A stretch of 64,000 nt of DNA from Octopus bimaculoides (taxonomy: Eukaryota): positions 798,275 to 862,274 of the forward strand of contig NC_069000.1 of assembly GCF_001194135.2 (NCBI RefSeq), read 5' to 3'. The position numbers and the translations under genes were made by a program. Of the stretch, positions 59,312-64,000 are shown piece after piece; position 1 is the stretch's first letter, and every line of letters starts with the position of its first letter. The notes below the pieces were generated by a model. That model saw nothing but the letters and a program-made list of their open reading frames with translations. It searched no databases and was not told where the DNA came from.

Positions 59312-60309
59312 GATTAGGTAAGGCCTCCGTTTTCTTAAATCATCATCATCTGTTTTCCAGGAGGCATCAGTCTCATTTTCGTAAATATTTCATGGTTTTT
59401 GTCGCTGTTATTTAGCCCCAGGTCAATCATGATCCAGTAATCCTGTGTTTAATGATATTCCTATTGTGACCATTCCTCCACATTTTTTTACAGACAGTGA
59501 ATCTAAGACTACATTATCCACTTATGGTTATGTGTAATTTGAGGGAGATTTGGTTGCTATTTCAAGTAACCATGTAGTCTCCCTCATTGACTTATTGTTT
59601 CATCATTACCATCATATATAACTTCCCATTTCAGTGCTTATATGGATTGTGGAGAGACCCACTGCAGGTTGAGTTTCTGGGGTGTAGGTGTCTGCTGATT
59701 AAAAGATCAGAAATCCCTATGTTGCTACTAGTATTGTACTTCCCACTCCACCTACATGAATGTCTCAATTTTAAAACAAATCCTACATGTTACAATAATA
59801 GATATCCTGCCTGTCACAGCAACAGGATTTCTAATAATGTTCCTGTGAGTATAACGTGAATGTTACAGTCTTAATGACTCCATGTTTCTAAAAAATGGTC
59901 CCTTAGATCTCACACCTCCAAGGGTTTGTATGGCATCAAATTCTGCATAGTTGAATATTTATGTTTTGTATGTATAAAGAAAAATACATGTTTGTGCACT
60001 GTCGTTTGGTAAATAAGCAATCATTTCTTGTTTTACTATATTTTCCAGGTTCAAATTAAGAAATCTTTGAAGACAAATTAAGTAGACCCTGGTCACCAAA
60101 ATAGAGTTCGGATTTGAAAGAAAATCAAATGATTTCCTTACATCAAATTTTTTGTTTTATTGATTTATTGCAATTTATACAATAAAAACTGTTATTCTGT
60201 ATAAGTGAAGAGTTTTGTTGTTGATTCTTGTTGTTATGTGAAGAAAGAAGTTGAAAGGAGGAATGTTGTGTTGTACAGTTTACCAATGACTGAATTGTTA
60301 TGTGTGCTT

Positions 60310-60720
60310 GTAAAAATAGCATGATCACTTTTGTTAGAGGTGGTGATCACATCTGGCTGACCACATGCTGTGGAAACCTCAACTGCTTGCCCACCCAATC
60401 GGCATGCAGCTGCCTACCTGAGGCCTTGCAGAGAAGGTCTCCATCCTTGTTTAGAACTTTGTGCAGAGTTTTTCTCAAGTTGTGACGATTTAAAGGAAGA
60501 ATGGGCCTTTGTGATGTTTGTGTTTATAACAATGGCTATGCTCTCATCAACTGCTTTGAGTACCTTGTCGTTTCACCAATGATAACAATTTCTGATTAAT
60601 TAGTGAGATGATGTAAAGATCCTGTTTCAGAGCCAATCAAGAAGGAAGGTATCTCACTCTTGTTCCAGATGAGAAGGTTTACAGGGCTTTGTAGGGCATC
60701 ATAGACAACTGCTGGCAGAT
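60310..60720 (-). mobile_element. Second, more decayed HERO/NeSL-like RLE remnant
   Basis: VYDALQSPVNLLIWNKSE, W*NDKVLKAVDESI and GKQLRFPQHVV..PDVI fragments appear in the expected order. Confidence 0.6.
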
Positions 60721-62231
60721 GAGAATGCAACTTGTATTCTCAAAATAGAAAAATTCATATAGATATAATCAGTTATTGCAGGTTTCTTTTTCCGATTGTC
60801 CTGCTTAAGGCATGCAATGCCTGAGTTATTTAAATCTGACAGTTATATTTCTATTTCAATAAACTTGTTTCCTATACATCTTAATTTTAACACTTTATCC
60901 CATATTTTTTTTACTAAACATAATCGTGAGAACGAAATGCTTCTGCTCAAAAAAGAAATGTTTTTAGTGATCTATTGTTTTTTTTTTTTAACTTTTCACT
61001 CTATTATTTATGGTTTAGATATTTCATACTTATTGGTCGAGCACATCTATCTGAAAGTAAGGCTTTTAATCACAAGTCTGCTCGTTGAAAGCTGACCTGC
61101 AACGGCGGCTCATCAATAACTGCTCAGATTAAGTTTGCTGTGTTGAGACCCAAGTGTCCGTGGATAACAATCACACGAGACTTATCTCCCCTAGAATGAA
61201 GATATCGATCAATAACACAGAATTGTATTTACAGATTTATCTCCCCTGGCAATACTAGCTTCGGACATGAATTAGCTGTTCAAATGACAGACAGACAGTC
61301 TTACGGCGAGTCTGACGACTAATCTTACAAAGAATGGTCCTAGAAGAAGCGGGGCTATCTCTACTTGACAGCTCGAGTTGCTAGAAATTGCAATAAGATC
61401 ATTCTATAAGTAGATGACAGCTTTACACTACGAAAGGACATGCTTGGGAAGAAAGAATTGAAAGGAATTGCACAAAATATTGGGAAGTGCTAGGACAGGG
61501 GCTGGAAGACTCGCTTTGAGCTCACAGAAATGGTCTCTAAAGGACGCTTGTGTTGATAAGTCTTTGCTCAAATGGGTTTTATTGGGGGCATTCAATCTAT
61601 AAGCTAAGTTGCAGAGTTAGCAAGTGGCTTTCGATTATCAGTGGGGTTTAAATGTTGGGATGTAAATCCAGATCTAATCAACTCCAGATTAGGACACTTT
61701 GATTTGAGTTTCTGGTGGCGAAAAACCCAAAGCATCAGACAACCCTAGGTCACATCACTGATAATGTATTGGAGCAGATCCAAGAAACATATTTTGCCAA
61801 TAATAATAACAATAATCCTTTCCAGGAATGTATGGAAACAAGTATATTGTTGTCAGGTATTAAATGGTTAATATATTTATACTATAGCAACGAACATATG
61901 TCCGTCCGTCCGTCCGTCCGTCCATCCATCCATACATGCATACCCAATAATAATTGGAGCACTAGGTTTTGTTAGTAAATGCTTAAAGGAGAATCTGGAT
62001 AAACTAGGATTTTTAGACAGAGAAATCAACTGGCTGATTCATACATTACAGTCAATAGCATGTATGTCTCTTCTATTTTTTAATTATTATAAATCTTCCA
62101 CTGAGGAGAAAGCCAGTTTCCAACAAAGATACAAGGCTCCATCTTTGGGATGTAATTAACTCAAACAAATTCACATTTGGAACTTGAGAAAAGGCTTGAA
62201 TATCTTTACTGTTCCACTCACAGATTGCACT

Positions 62232-62356
62232 TGCTACACCATCATGAAATAATTTGATTATTGATACAAAGTGATCCGGACATCCAAATTTGCCAAGTAT
62301 TTTCCATAGCAAGGCCCTATTCCCAGTATCAAACGCCTTGGTTAAATCAATGAATT
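62232..62356 (-). mobile_element. RTE-type reverse transcriptase fragment
   Basis: FIDLTKAFDTGNRALLWKILGKFGCPDHFVSIIKLFHDG is a typical RTE RT motif. Neighbouring DNA up to about 63100 may be more decayed element. Confidence 0.8.
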
Positions 62357-63226
62357 AAGGGAAAGAACTCGCAAAATTTTAATTTATCAAAATTTTGAGT
62401 TTGAAAGATACGGTGGTGGGAGTGAGTATGTTTCATAGTAGCTATGGTTACATGATGAATGTCTTACAGCTTAAACGAGTATCTTGCGTGGGGGTCATAT
62501 AGATTTTTAGCACAAATGGTAAAGTCTCGATAAGACAAGGAAACTTGTATGGAATGGCATTGAATTCGTTGAAGTAGGAATTAAAGGAGATCAATGAAGA
62601 CAAAGAGGTGCGGTTTGTGTGGAATTGTTGAGTGAGGAGCTGGCAGCCGTGTATGGAGGGGAGTGTGTGGACTTGTATAGGCAATGGAATGTGCAGCAGC
62701 AGTAGTAGTAGTAGTAGTTAACCCTATTGTATGTCTCCCTACTCAAGGTGTATAGTATACAATGCACCTCCTGTCTCCCTTCGCTTGCTAAAATGCTTTC
62801 CTGGTTCATCTTCTGACCCCGTCGCCGTCTCGAAGGGATTCTCTTCTCTTTTACCCTCTTATGGGGTTTAACTTTCTGACTTCCTCCATGAAAGGGATCA
62901 AGAGTTGAATGTGGGCGATGGGTTCCCCTCTATTCCTTGCCTTGGACGTCCCTTCGTTGGCTCCAACAATAAAAATAAAAACAACCGCAAAAACAGCTGT
63001 AACAACAACAGTAACAGCAACAACAAGAAATAGTTGAAGACGACGTTTGTCAGAGGAATTAGTGCGTTGGTTGTTTCTAGGCAACAGCCATCGTTGTTAG
63101 TTACACGGAAAGACCAGAGGAAGCTTAAAGCTTTTAGTTTTAATATAATCTACAAAACAGTCACTTGTTTATTTGTCTCTGAACGAAAACACACATGAAA
63201 TAGAGTATCACACACACACACACACT

Positions 63227-63284
<58 letters not shown>

Positions 63285-63344
63285 CATACACACACATATA
63301 GACGTACACACACATTCACAAAGACGTACATACACCAACTGAAA

Positions 63345-63399
63345 ATGTCGACTAAGAAGAAATCTGGCAAAACTGCCAAAAAACCTGCCAAAAAAGATG
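63345..63399 (+). CDS. Possible first coding exon of an unidentified gene (MSTKKKSGKTAKKPAKKD...)
   Basis: AAAATGT start context, a Lys-rich N-terminus and donor G|GTTTGA, a donor type also seen in the PKNOX gene here. CpG-rich surroundings. No downstream exon is identifiable in the window. Confidence 0.35.
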
Positions 63400-63937
63400 G
63401 TTTGACTTCATTTTATTTTTTGACGTTAGATTATGTTGCTGTTGTTGTTGTCGTCGTCGACTTCGTGTTGTTGTTGCCGATGTTTTCAATCCCCTTGTTG
63501 TCGTTGTTCTTGTTATTGTTGATGTTGTTTCAACCTCCAGGTGAGCCCTTTTTAGCGAATCTGGGAGTAAACAATAACAATCCCATCATACACTCACGCA
63601 TAGTGTATCTAGGATTACGTTATTCAGAGAGACCTTCTAGTTTTAAAACTATTGACCGAAATTTGAGGAAGATTTGGCTGCTCTTTCAAGCAAGACAAAC
63701 GTCTCTTCTTTCTTACCGATCAGTGTCAGCCTGTCCCCCCTCCCCCTGTCTCTTGCTTCTGTTGGTTTGCTTCTGGTGTTCTTGCTTTGGCGTTGTTTCC
63801 ATTACAGCATCGTCACTTTTTATTCCGACGAAAGAGATTAGTATTAAAAACCAACATACTTTTGCACATGGATTGAGTACTCCTTTCCTCATCCATAAGT
63901 GACTTGTGAATACACACATACACATACATATACATAC

Positions 63938-64000
<63 letters not shown>

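Overview
AT-rich, microsatellite- and repeat-dense animal genomic DNA with 8 N-gaps. The repeat landscape suggests a coleoid cephalopod (Octopus-like); this is an inference. Four spliced genes were reconstructed exon by exon with consistent intron phases. (1) The 3' 20 exons of an ABCC/MRP1-like transporter (+, 1352-24470; 5' end outside the window). (2) A complete TALE homeobox gene of the PKNOX/Prep family (-, CDS 34144-26089, about 747 aa, non-coding exon 1 near 38307). (3) PTPMT1 (-, 47406-44298, 188 aa). (4) ETFB (+, 53693-59311, 257 aa). A possible first exon of a fifth gene starts at 63345. Introns and intergenic DNA hold decayed mariner, RTE, CR1/L2/Jockey-group and HERO/NeSL-like (RLE) elements, hAT MITEs and tRNA-derived SINEs. 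The most notable unexplained signal is four separate minimal type-I hammerhead-ribozyme-like motifs (18011, 39094, 44642, 51692). Three have a palindromic stem III typical of Penelope-like-element hammerheads, and one sits behind a tRNA-derived Pol III head. Also of note: two long fold-back hairpins, a candidate antisense first exon inside the ABCC gene, a probable GC-AG intron, uORFs over the PKNOX start codon, tandem donors at the ETFB stop, and a diverged ABCC substrate pocket. All structures were read by eye; no folding, alignment or database search was run.
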